64,000 nucleotides of DNA from Spirochaetaceae bacterium (GCA_051531975.1 JAOPTT010000005.1:64001-128000); one strand, 5' to 3'. Shown: positions 10,703 to 19,287, counted from the stretch's first letter. The notes: generated by a model not told the origin, from the letters alone. Numbers and translations are program-made.

Positions 10703-11410
10703 TTATAGATTTAATTTTTTGCAGGAACAGTCAAATGGTGCACATTTCACTTCAACTTTTAGAGGATATAGTTTAGAGAATATTAATAAAGCTGATAACG
10801 CTCCTAATGTTTCTACAATAGTATAAAGTATTGCTGATACTGGGGATATGCCACATATAGCATATGTAAATATTCTAGCAAATGAGACTGCAGGATTTGC
10901 ATACATATTACTTGATGAGACTAGAATCATACCTCCAACTAATAACCCAATAACTAAAGAAGTATATTTAGACTTTCCTCGAACTAAGGATATAATTGCT
11001 CCCATTAATATAAATGTACATATAAATTCCGATAAAAGTTTAGGTGGAGTTATTAGAGTTTCTGATACTGATAATATTATAGGATTCACATCAAAAAATA
11101 TTAAATTAGTAATAATTATACCTATAAATGCTCCTGATAACTGAGCTAAAATATAAAGCCCAGCTTTCTTTTTATTCATTTCACCTGCAACAAACAATGA
11201 TATTGTTACAGCAGGATTAAAATGACTTCCAGAGAGGGGAGCAAACATCTCAATAAGACAAAATAGAACAAACGCAACAGCTATGCCATTAATAAAAACA
11301 GTTATATATATTGGTGCACCAAATACAAAGTCAGCTAAAATTGTAGAACCAATTGCTGTTAATACAAGAAATAGAGTTCCTAAAAATTCTGATATTATAT
11401 TTTTGCTCAT
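10703..11410 (-). CDS. MIP/aquaporin family channel, AqpS-like, with Cys-rich C-terminal tail
   Basis: SEFLGT, SGSHFNPAVT and YANPAVSFAR (two NPA motifs); six TM helices; tail KCAPFDCSCKK. Likely start is MSKNII at 11410, not the track's 11464. Confidence 0.88.
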   Translation of the reverse strand: MSKNIISEFLGTLFLVLTAIGSTILADFVFGAPIYITVFINGIAVAFVLFCLIEMFAPLSGSHFNPAVTISLFVAGEMNKKKAGLYILAQLSGAFIGIIITNLIFFDVNPIILSVSETLITPPKLLSEFICTFILMGAIISLVRGKSKYTSLVIGLLVGGMILVSSSNMYANPAVSFARIFTYAICGISPVSAILYTIVETLGALSALLIFSKLYPLKVEVKCAPFDCSCKKLNL

Positions 11411-11420
11411 TTTCATCATC

Positions 11421-12341
11421 CTATACTGTATGATCTTTCTTAAAATTATCCCAACTACTCTCAAGTTCTTCCATATATGTTGCGATTAAAATAATAGTTA
11501 TTCCAGTATCTTGTTTCTTTTCTTCTGTAATCTCTTCAAGTTCTATTACTCCGTTATTATTACTTATATAATAATGGTCTGTACCAAATGAATAAAAACC
11601 TTTAATTCGAAGAGTTGTGGGAATAATTGAATTTAAATATTTAATAAATTCATCTTTAGGCAGATCTAATTGTGGTAAATTCAGACTAGAAGGTCTGTTT
11701 GATTTTGTATTACATGATGTGGCTGCACCATCTGGCATAAATTCTTTAGAATCCATTGATTTATAGTCAAATTCACAGTAGTTAGTAAATTCTAATCTTG
11801 CGGTCGAGTTCGTTCGTGCCATAACAGTTGTTATTTCATTTCTAATCTCTTCTGTTACTAAGTCACACTTATTTAATAGAATTGTATTAGATGACTCAAT
11901 TTGTCTATCTACAAAGGTCATATGTTTTCGTAATTTAAGTACATTAGTACAATCAGAAACACATAAAACATGTTTAATATTAAAAGCATCCCATAATTTA
12001 TATTCACCTAAAAGTCTTGCCATACTACTAGGATCTGACATTCCTGATGTCTCTATAAAAAGAATATCTGGAGCTTCTTTAATAAAAAATTGAAGCCCCA
12101 TAACAAAATCTGCAGTTAAACATGAACAAAAAATAGATCCATTCCCAATTTCATAAATTTTATTTTTGGGATCGGTACTGTTATTTCTAACAATACTTCC
12201 ATCTATTGGAACTTTACCAAAATCGTTTACTAAGAGACCTATTTTTTGGTCACTATAGGAAGTAACTAATTTATTTAAAAGTGTGGTTTTACCAGCTCCT
12301 AAGAAGCCTGTTATAATAACAATATCAATTTTTTTGTCCAT
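11421..12341 (-). CDS. CobW/COG0523-family G3E GTPase (metallochaperone)
   Basis: GFLGAGKTT, NDFG, GSIFCSC metal motif, ETSG, NKCD, and C-terminal LRIKG. Confidence 0.9.
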   Translation of the reverse strand: MDKKIDIVIITGFLGAGKTTLLNKLVTSYSDQKIGLLVNDFGKVPIDGSIVRNNSTDPKNKIYEIGNGSIFCSCLTADFVMGLQFFIKEAPDILFIETSGMSDPSSMARLLGEYKLWDAFNIKHVLCVSDCTNVLKLRKHMTFVDRQIESSNTILLNKCDLVTEEIRNEITTVMARTNSTARLEFTNYCEFDYKSMDSKEFMPDGAATSCNTKSNRPSSLNLPQLDLPKDEFIKYLNSIIPTTLRIKGFYSFGTDHYYISNNNGVIELEEITEEKKQDTGITIILIATYMEELESSWDNFKKDHTV

Positions 12342-12356
12342 GTTTTTTCTCCAGGG

Positions 12357-13703
12357 TTATAATTTCATGTTAATTGCTTTTGATAATTCATCTCTATTTG
12401 GAATTAAAGAGATAAACTCTACATCCCCGTTAATACAAATTGTAGGTAAGTTAGCAACACCTAGTTTACCTAGACGAATAATATTTTCTTTCTCAGTAAT
12501 TTTTCGTTCTATAATTTCAACTTTATCACCAAAAATAGCTGTCATATCATCTGCTGCTGCTTTCATGTAACCACAAGCTGCACAAGTTGCAGAGTCAATT
12601 GTTAAAACCTCGATCATAATTTTATCTAAGTTTTCATAATCTGGCATTTCGATATCAAAGTTTAAGTCATCTCTTACATAAGATTCTAAGAAAGTTCTAG
12701 TATTTTCAACATCTTGAACAGCCTGACCAATTCCAATAACATTTTCAATTGGAGTATCGTATGGCATGTCACAACCAGGTGCTAATATAAAGTTTGAATC
12801 ACCCATCTGATCAATTTTTTCGATTGCTGCTTTTTGACAATCTTTTTGGTTTCCAAGTAACATACAAACAGTTAACTGGATATTTCCACTTAATACTTTA
12901 CCATATTTGTCAGTAACTTTTTTAGCTGCTACTAAGTCGATATTTTCGTCGATACTAAGACAATCAGCTCCAGTTTCACACATTACTGCTAAGTTTTTAG
13001 TTGCATCACCACAAACAAAGAATGATGATAATGTTTCTTTTTCTCTTAAATGATCAAAGATCTTTTTATATGGAGCAGATATGAACTCTGCAAATGAGTC
13101 AGGTGAAATCTGAGATACTAAAGGATCAACTGCACCAATAACATCCATTCCTGCTTCAATAAAATAGTCTGACATTGCTATAAAAACATCGGCACAGTAG
13201 TCTAAAAGTGCTATTACATAATCAGGATCATCGTACATATCCATAAAAATGTTAGTTGATCTTAAGTGAGAAGCTAATGTAAAAGGTCCACAAGCTAAAC
13301 CATAAAGAGCTGTTGTATCACCAACAGATGCCTTCATTCTTTTCATAACATCTAAAATCATTGGGATTCTTCCCTCTGTTTTAGTTGGAATTTTAGTTGG
13401 AATTACTTTTGAATCTGCTAATGGGTGAGATTTTACTGTTGGTGGAGCATCGTTTGCCCAAAGTAGTTCACAATCTAATATTTCAGCTTCTACTTGTAAA
13501 TCAAATATAACTGGCATTCCATCAGGACTATACTGTTTATGAGACTCCATTAAACATTCATATAGTTTATCTGCATCTTTTAATAACTCTGTTGCAGTGT
13601 AATCTTTGAATTTACCTACCTGTATTCCTGTATATGGAACCCATGGAGTTCTTTCCAGCTTCTCGTTTCTAAATGCACTATAAATTAGTTCTTTTCCGTT
13701 CAT
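12357..13703 (-). CDS. UroD/MtaA-family corrinoid methyltransferase fused to a C-terminal thioredoxin-like CxxC domain
   Basis: DLQVEAEILDC, GPFTLASHLR, GNIQ and ILAPGCDMPYDTP motifs of the UroD-like methyltransferase barrel; C-terminal TIDSATCAACGYM...LPTICINGDV. Confidence 0.85.
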   Translation of the reverse strand: MNGKELIYSAFRNEKLERTPWVPYTGIQVGKFKDYTATELLKDADKLYECLMESHKQYSPDGMPVIFDLQVEAEILDCELLWANDAPPTVKSHPLADSKVIPTKIPTKTEGRIPMILDVMKRMKASVGDTTALYGLACGPFTLASHLRSTNIFMDMYDDPDYVIALLDYCADVFIAMSDYFIEAGMDVIGAVDPLVSQISPDSFAEFISAPYKKIFDHLREKETLSSFFVCGDATKNLAVMCETGADCLSIDENIDLVAAKKVTDKYGKVLSGNIQLTVCMLLGNQKDCQKAAIEKIDQMGDSNFILAPGCDMPYDTPIENVIGIGQAVQDVENTRTFLESYVRDDLNFDIEMPDYENLDKIMIEVLTIDSATCAACGYMKAAADDMTAIFGDKVEIIERKITEKENIIRLGKLGVANLPTICINGDVEFISLIPNRDELSKAINMKL

Positions 13704-13769
13704 TTTTTTCCCCTTGGTTGCATAGGCATGGTAATCATTAGTGTCGACCAGCCTATTCGTTGATGATTA

Positions 13770-13828
13770 AATGTACCCCTAATTTAGTGGGAAATATTGA
13801 ACTAATTTACGACTTTTTGTTATTTTTT
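13770..13828 (-). promoter_or_regulatory. Putative activator box plus -10 (TACATT) for the methyltransferase operon
   Basis: AAAAAATAACAAAAA...TTCAA box starts at 13828 and the -10 at 13775; same layout as three other promoters in the locus. Confidence 0.5.
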
Positions 13829-15116
13829 AATGAATTTCCTGATTTGTACTAAGTATTTTACCTCTTCTGTCTCTAAATTTACCAGGAGAGATCCCTGATA
13901 ATTTTTTAAAAACCTTACTAAAATAACTCTGATCTTCGTATCCTACTAAACCTGCAATATCTATTAACTGTATATCACTACTCTCAAGTAGGCTTTTACT
14001 TTTATCTATTCGTAATGTATTTAAATAATTTTTAAACGATATATTCATCTCTTCTTTAAATATTTTACTAAAATACGCAGGACTTAGGTAAACATGGCTT
14101 GCTACATCTTCTAAAGTTACCTTTTCTGTATAGTGTTCAAAAAGGTATTGTATAGACTTATAAATTGCATCGGCATGTTTTACTTTATCTAAGTCAAATA
14201 CAAAATCTATAAATCTAACCATTATTTTAGTTAACCAGTTGCATAAAGTCTCAATATTTTTAAATTGATTTATCTCTTTTAAATAGTTAAAGTTAAGACC
14301 AAATATCTGTTCTACGTTTGCTCCACCATCCATTGCAGCCCTCGATAGAAGTACTACAAGTTCAAGGATTCTAGACTTCATAATATCAAAATTTTGCCCT
14401 GTATTAAAAAATAGTTCACCTAATATCTCATTTAATAGCTTCTGTGCACCTTTTTTATCACCCTTTGATATTAATCTTAATAACTCTTTCTCTTTTTCTA
14501 TAGAGTATTTAGTTTCTGTAATACCTTGATCTTTAAGATTATGAATGTATTCAGATATTTGTGATTGTTGTGAACTTTCAAACTGTTCAGTAGCATATTT
14601 ATTTATATCTAAGTTAGATAACATAGAGGATGTTGCTAATAGTTGTTCTGATAAGGCTGTAGCTCTTTTAGGACTAAGTAGTGGTATTTTTCCAATAATA
14701 CCTCTCATCTTTGTAATCTGTTCACTATTTAAAGATACATCTTTAAGAATTTCGTCGGCAAAATATTCGTCATGGTTAATTAAAAGAACAGGACCACCAA
14801 CTAAAGCACCTCTAACAATTCCCTTTATAAGGATAGGAGCAGTAAAGTGTGTAAGTGATAAAGGACAAAAATATGTATATTTTCCACCAAAACGAAGGGC
14901 ATTATCACTTCCATATAGGTGGGCTTGTCTGCAATTTATCTCTTTACCTGTATAATGGTTTAATACAGTACAAAAAGTACATGAACTAGGGGCTACTCCC
15001 TGTGCACCTATTGTTTCTCCATTCTCGTTTGTTAGAAAACATTTAATACCTGTGGCAATCTCAAAGTCTTTTGCAGCTTTTAAAGCCTTAGTTATATCAA
15101 TACCATCTTGCCCCAT
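13827..15116 (-). CDS. PocR-sensor-domain AraC-family transcriptional regulator
   Basis: N-terminal CTFC...C...YFCPLSLTHFTAPI...LVGGPV (PocR domain); C-terminal TLEDVASHVYLSPAYFSKIFK...VGYEDQSYFSKVFKK (AraC HTHs). Confidence 0.92.
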   Translation of the reverse strand: MGQDGIDITKALKAAKDFEIATGIKCFLTNENGETIGAQGVAPSSCTFCTVLNHYTGKEINCRQAHLYGSDNALRFGGKYTYFCPLSLTHFTAPILIKGIVRGALVGGPVLLINHDEYFADEILKDVSLNSEQITKMRGIIGKIPLLSPKRATALSEQLLATSSMLSNLDINKYATEQFESSQQSQISEYIHNLKDQGITETKYSIEKEKELLRLISKGDKKGAQKLLNEILGELFFNTGQNFDIMKSRILELVVLLSRAAMDGGANVEQIFGLNFNYLKEINQFKNIETLCNWLTKIMVRFIDFVFDLDKVKHADAIYKSIQYLFEHYTEKVTLEDVASHVYLSPAYFSKIFKEEMNISFKNYLNTLRIDKSKSLLESSDIQLIDIAGLVGYEDQSYFSKVFKKLSGISPGKFRDRRGKILSTNQEIH

Positions 15117-15201
15117 AATTGTAACCTATCTCCCTGTTCTTAATTACTCTATATTAGAGCATAGAATCTATACTAGATATAAATTTATAGAGATTTTTTG
15201 T

Positions 15202-15260
15202 AAAAAAGTACAAAAATTAGTAATATTTTCAAATACCGGAACATTATGAGCTTATATACT
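15202..15260 (+). promoter_or_regulatory. Putative activator box plus -10 (TATACT) for the corrinoid protein gene
   Basis: AAAAAAGTACAAAAA...TTCAA at 15202; TATACT at 15255-15260. Confidence 0.5.
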
Positions 15261-15279
15261 TTAAACATATAACAAACAG

Positions 15280-15452
15280 ATATACTACAAAGGAAATGAG
15301 GTTAGATTCCTCTACGAGCCCGTCACTGTAATGGGGGACAACACTGAGATTACCACTGGTTTACCGGGAAGGCTCAGTAAAGATTGATCCCAAGTCAGGA
15401 AACTTTGGTATATGAAATTAGCAAGATGATTTCGTGGTTCTAGATCATTGCA
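15280..15452 (+). ncRNA. Cobalamin riboswitch (long, AdoCbl-type, with peripheral extension)
   Basis: AGGAA, GAGG-TTAGATT-CCTC, GCCCGTCACTGTAA, CCACTG...GGGAAGG and B12-box AGTCAGGAAAC. P1 is ATATAC/GTATAT. The downstream hairpin loop TCGTGG can pair with CTACGA (kissing loop). Confidence 0.88.
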
Positions 15453-15471
15453 TATTAAAATAGGAGATTAT

Positions 15472-16104
15472 ATGGCTGATTTTGAAAAAATATCATTAGC
15501 ACTACAAAAAGGTAAAGCAAAAGAAGTAACTGAGATGGTAGCAGCAGCGATTGCTGAGGGTATAAGTGCCGAAGTAATTTTAAACAAAGGACTTATGTCA
15601 GGAATGAGTATTATTGGAGAGAAATTCAAAAATAATGAAGTTTATGTACCTGAAGTATTAATTGCAGCAAGGGCTATGAACCAGGGTGCAGCATTATTAA
15701 AACCTCTTTTAATTGAAGATGGAGTTGAAGCTGTTGGTAAAGTTCTTTTAGGTACTGTAAAAGGTGACTTACATGATATTGGTAAAAACCTTGTTAGAAT
15801 GATGATGGAAGGAAAAGGTCTAGAAGTTATCGATCTTGGTACTGACGTTTCTGCACAGCAGTTTTTAGATGCTTCTAAAGAGCACGGTGTTAATGTAATT
15901 GCATGTTCAGCACTTTTAACAACAACAATGAAAGAGATGGAAGCTGTTGTTAAGTTATTTGAAGCAGAAGGAATTAGAGCCAATACTAAAATAATGGTTG
16001 GTGGAGCCCCAGTTACACAAAACTATTGTGAATCTATTGGTGCAGATATCTATACTGCAGATGCAGCATCTGCAGCAACAGCCGCAGTAGAAATATTTCA
16101 ATAA
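15472..16104 (+). CDS. Corrinoid (B12-binding) methyl-carrier protein, MtaC/MtbC/MttC-like
   Basis: Cap domain YVPEVLIAARAM; GDLHDIGKN (DxHxxG), SALLTTT and GGAPVT motifs; AGGAG RBS before ATG 15472. Confidence 0.93.
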   Translation: MADFEKISLALQKGKAKEVTEMVAAAIAEGISAEVILNKGLMSGMSIIGEKFKNNEVYVPEVLIAARAMNQGAALLKPLLIEDGVEAVGKVLLGTVKGDLHDIGKNLVRMMMEGKGLEVIDLGTDVSAQQFLDASKEHGVNVIACSALLTTTMKEMEAVVKLFEAEGIRANTKIMVGGAPVTQNYCESIGADIYTADAASAATAAVEIFQ

Positions 16105-16115
16105 ATATATTTAAA

Positions 16116-16139
16116 TAAGCTCCAGGAAACTGGAGCTTA
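16116..16139. terminator. Hairpin between convergent genes (possible bidirectional terminator)
   Basis: Perfect 10-bp stem TAAGCTCCAG-GAAA-CTGGAGCTTA. Confidence 0.7.
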
Positions 16140-16799
16140 CATTATCGATCCATCGTGGATTATTCTTCTATTTTGACAATCTGTATTAGAACATTCTAGA
16201 CAACTAACAAAATCTTTATCTGATTCAAAAATAATACCTGAGACTGTTTTATTTGGTGACATTAATAAACTTTCTGATAGGGTAACTCCAATATTTTCTG
16301 TTATATTTGGAAACAGATTAAATAACTTCTTTTGGTCAGTAAAATCCCAACCATCACCACAGACATCAGACCCAGGATTCATCGAGTATAGTTTATCTAT
16401 TTTGTATTTGGATTTTATATAATCTCTAAAATAGTCAAAAGCACTATCCATTGCCATCTGTTTTATAGCATCTAACCAATATTCAGCTAACATATCATTT
16501 TTGTAATCTTCTAGGTTTTCTAATCCGGTACCACATGTAACAATATATGGGAAAACAATACTGTTATCCTGAAGTTTTTTTGTTAGAACTTCATCTTTAA
16601 AAATTTGAGACCCAATTGTTATAATATTTTCTTCTGGAGTAATTTTTGATTCTATAAATATAGCTTTTGCAGACACAAGAGGTATCACATTTTTTAACAG
16701 TTCCTCTATTTCATCTTCCATACCTTCATATAGTTCAATTTTTACTCTTCTATTAAATTCCTTAATATTAAATTCAAATGGTATTTCTAGTATCTTCAT
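16137..16799 (-). CDS. Methionine synthase activation-domain-like protein with C-terminal Cys cluster
   Basis: FPYIVTCG, SMNPG...W...Q, IGVTLSESLLMSPNKTVSG and CLECSNTDCQNR motifs. Confidence 0.75.
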   Translation of the reverse strand: MKILEIPFEFNIKEFNRRVKIELYEGMEDEIEELLKNVIPLVSAKAIFIESKITPEENIITIGSQIFKDEVLTKKLQDNSIVFPYIVTCGTGLENLEDYKNDMLAEYWLDAIKQMAMDSAFDYFRDYIKSKYKIDKLYSMNPGSDVCGDGWDFTDQKKLFNLFPNITENIGVTLSESLLMSPNKTVSGIIFESDKDFVSCLECSNTDCQNRRIIHDGSIM

Positions 16800-18571
16800 T
16801 AAAACATCATTCCTTCTATATATTTATCTTGGAAATAAGGACTACTTGATAGTTCAATATATGTAGTTTTACCGACAATTTTATTACAAACTTCAATATT
16901 CTTAGAATGTAGAGAACAATGTATTGCACCAAGACCTGAGCTATTCCCTACCGATGTGGATATATCTACTAAATCTTTTGGTATTAAACCCATATTTGAT
17001 GCACTATTTATATTTATATAATTTCCAAATCCCCCGGCTATATAAAGATTTTTTATATCAGATCTTTCTATCCCAGCTCTGTTAATAAGTGTCTCAATTC
17101 CAGCTGATATAGACGCTTTTGCTAGTTGAACTTCTCTTATATCCTTCTGGGTAAAAAGTATCTGCTCTCCTGTTCCAGAATCTTGGGCGGAAACTATTAT
17201 ATATGCTCCTTCACCATCTGCTATGTAATTTTTGTCATCTACTAGATTATCTTCATCAAATCTACCTGTCTCATCTATTATTTTATGGGTGATAAATTCA
17301 GAAACAATATCTACTATTGCAGATCCACATATACCGATTGGTTTACCGTTATTTATTGTTGTGAATCTCTGGTTTTCTGATATCGAAAATCTATTGATAG
17401 CCCCTGTTATAGCTCCTATTCCATTAGATATATGAGCCCCCTCAAAAGCAGGTCCTGCAGCAGTTGAACAACTAAAATAAGATTGACTGTTTCCAAGAAT
17501 AATTTCACCGTTTGTTCCAAGGTCAACCAATAAGGATATATTCAGTGACTCATCCATAGAAGTAGCTAAAACTCCAGAAACAATATCAGCACCAACATAT
17601 GCAGATATTGAAGGTAATATAAATACTTCTAGGTCATTTTGCATATTCATAATCTCATTTATATTAAAGCTAAAACTATCTAAGAAAACTGGTGTAAATG
17701 GAGCAGTTGCAATTGTTGCAGGATCGGTACCTGTAAGTAGGTGTAACATTGTAGTATTTCCAGCAATTACTAAGCTAGTAATATCAGATTCATTAATATT
17801 GTTTTTAAACATTAACTCTCTAATCATCCCATCTAATTGTGTAGTTATTTTCTCCCCAAGAGTTTTAAGACCATTACTATTTTTAATACAGTAATCTATC
17901 CGAGATATAACATCTGCACCAAATGACTTTTGACTATTTAATTGACTAACAGATTCAACAATTGCACCTGTTGTACTGTTTAACAGATATAAAACCACCG
18001 TTGTAGTTCCTATATCTATAGCGACCGAATAATGGGCATACTTATTTGTAATTGCAGTTACAGAGATTATTTTATTATCTGTATAAGTTACCGCCAGTGA
18101 ATAATTGTTTTTGGACAAAACACCAGAAATATTCTGTCGAACTTTTAAAGGTATAAAAGGCTGGTTCAGATTTAATTCTTGGATAAGCCTAGTAATATCA
18201 TCTCTCTGGTCTTCTAAACTAGGTCTGGATAGTTTTATATCTTTTCTTTTTACTAATGTATCTATCTTTCCTGTATAACCTAAGTGACTTTCTAGGATCA
18301 AACTACTGTTTACATTATATTCAACTTCTAATTCAATATCTGTTATTGGCATAACATTACATGCAAGTCTAATTCCAGAATCTAGCTCATAATCTGTTAA
18401 TAATGACTTTTCTAAAGATTCAGGTTCTATGGCATTTCCATTTAATATTTTAACCTTACATTTTCCACAAGTCCCATTTCCACTACAAGATGCATCAAGT
18501 GGTATATTAAAGTCCTCTCTTAAAGAGTCTAATAAGTTTTTATCTCTATTTGTAATTATAATTTTATCCAT
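16799..18571 (-). CDS. ATP-dependent reductive activator of corrinoid proteins (RACE/RACo, ASKHA, DUF4445) with N-terminal [2Fe-2S] domain
   Basis: CSGNGTCGKC...RLAC, DIGTTT, FGADVISRI, DLGTNGEI, TAAGPAFEG, GICGS, QLAKA and AGGFG motifs. The start may be 18571 or the track's 18598. Confidence 0.92.
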   Translation of the reverse strand: MDKIIITNRDKNLLDSLREDFNIPLDASCSGNGTCGKCKVKILNGNAIEPESLEKSLLTDYELDSGIRLACNVMPITDIELEVEYNVNSSLILESHLGYTGKIDTLVKRKDIKLSRPSLEDQRDDITRLIQELNLNQPFIPLKVRQNISGVLSKNNYSLAVTYTDNKIISVTAITNKYAHYSVAIDIGTTTVVLYLLNSTTGAIVESVSQLNSQKSFGADVISRIDYCIKNSNGLKTLGEKITTQLDGMIRELMFKNNINESDITSLVIAGNTTMLHLLTGTDPATIATAPFTPVFLDSFSFNINEIMNMQNDLEVFILPSISAYVGADIVSGVLATSMDESLNISLLVDLGTNGEIILGNSQSYFSCSTAAGPAFEGAHISNGIGAITGAINRFSISENQRFTTINNGKPIGICGSAIVDIVSEFITHKIIDETGRFDEDNLVDDKNYIADGEGAYIIVSAQDSGTGEQILFTQKDIREVQLAKASISAGIETLINRAGIERSDIKNLYIAGGFGNYININSASNMGLIPKDLVDISTSVGNSSGLGAIHCSLHSKNIEVCNKIVGKTTYIELSSSPYFQDKYIEGMMF

Positions 18572-18577
18572 GTAGAC

Positions 18578-18698
18578 ATTATTCCACGGAATATACAAAA
18601 ATGTTTGTAATTTATATTATATTTTTGTATTTTTTTGTTATAGATTACAAAAATTAAAAATATATTTATATACTGGTCATACTAACATTGTCTAAAAT
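18578..18698. promoter_or_regulatory. Back-to-back promoters for the RACE operon and the cob operon, each with the shared TACAAAAAT box
   Basis: Minus strand: AAAAAAATACAAAAAT from 18636, AATAAT at 18583-18578. Plus strand: TATAGATTACAAAAAT from 18639, TAAAAT at 18693-18698. Confidence 0.5.
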
Positions 18699-18729
18699 GA
18701 ATTAACCTTTTAATTCCAGGAGATAAAAA

Positions 18730-19287
18730 TTGGGAAAGATAACATTAGTACTTGGTGGAATCAAATGTGGTAAAACCAGTTATGCTGAAAAATTGGCATC
18801 GGATAGAGAGTCTCGTGGTGGTGAAATACTATATTTAGCAACTGCAGAAGCATTAGATGATGAAATGAAACACAGAATAGACCGACATAGAGCTGATAGA
18901 CCTAAAAACTGGGATACTGCAGAAGAACCTCTAGATGTAAAATCTATATTCGAAAAAAAAGGGAATGTATATGACTTAATACTATTTGACTGTTTAACTT
19001 TATGGATAACAAATAAAATTGGACAAGCAGGTGAGAACTATATAAGAGAAGAACTAATGGACAATATAATTTCTTCCTGTAAAGAATTTATAAGTCAAAT
19101 TAAAGATATTGAAGCAGAAGTCGTTATAGTTTCTAATCAAGTTGAAGTTGGACTTATTTCTCCATATCCGTTAGGACGAGTTTTTCAAGATATTGCAGGT
19201 TTGTTACATCAGGAAATTGCTAGGTCTGCCAATAAAGTTGTTGTGATGCAAGCAGGTATACCAACGATTTTAAAAGAGGATGTATAA
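18730..19287 (+). CDS. cobU: Adenosylcobinamide kinase / cobinamide-phosphate guanylyltransferase
   Basis: GGIKCGKT, YLATA..DDEM..RI..H, DCLTLW and VSNQV motifs. Confidence 0.93.
   Translation: MGKITLVLGGIKCGKTSYAEKLASDRESRGGEILYLATAEALDDEMKHRIDRHRADRPKNWDTAEEPLDVKSIFEKKGNVYDLILFDCLTLWITNKIGQAGENYIREELMDNIISSCKEFISQIKDIEAEVVIVSNQVEVGLISPYPLGRVFQDIAGLLHQEIARSANKVVVMQAGIPTILKEDV

Noticed and set aside
12357..13703. True uroporphyrinogen decarboxylase (hemE)
   Set aside because: Lacks the N-terminal RQAGR motif, and the context is corrinoid methyltransfer.
13722..13770. Pseudoknot between TAATCAT and the leader hairpin loop ATGATTA
   Set aside because: Most of the 5' strand lies upstream of the predicted transcription start, so it is probably not in the RNA.
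15472..16104. Corrinoid protein as HgcA (mercury methylation)
   Set aside because: It has the His-ligating DxHxxG motif, no NVWCAAGK cap helix and no TM domain; the ferredoxins are 20 kb away and lack the HgcB C-terminal CC tail.
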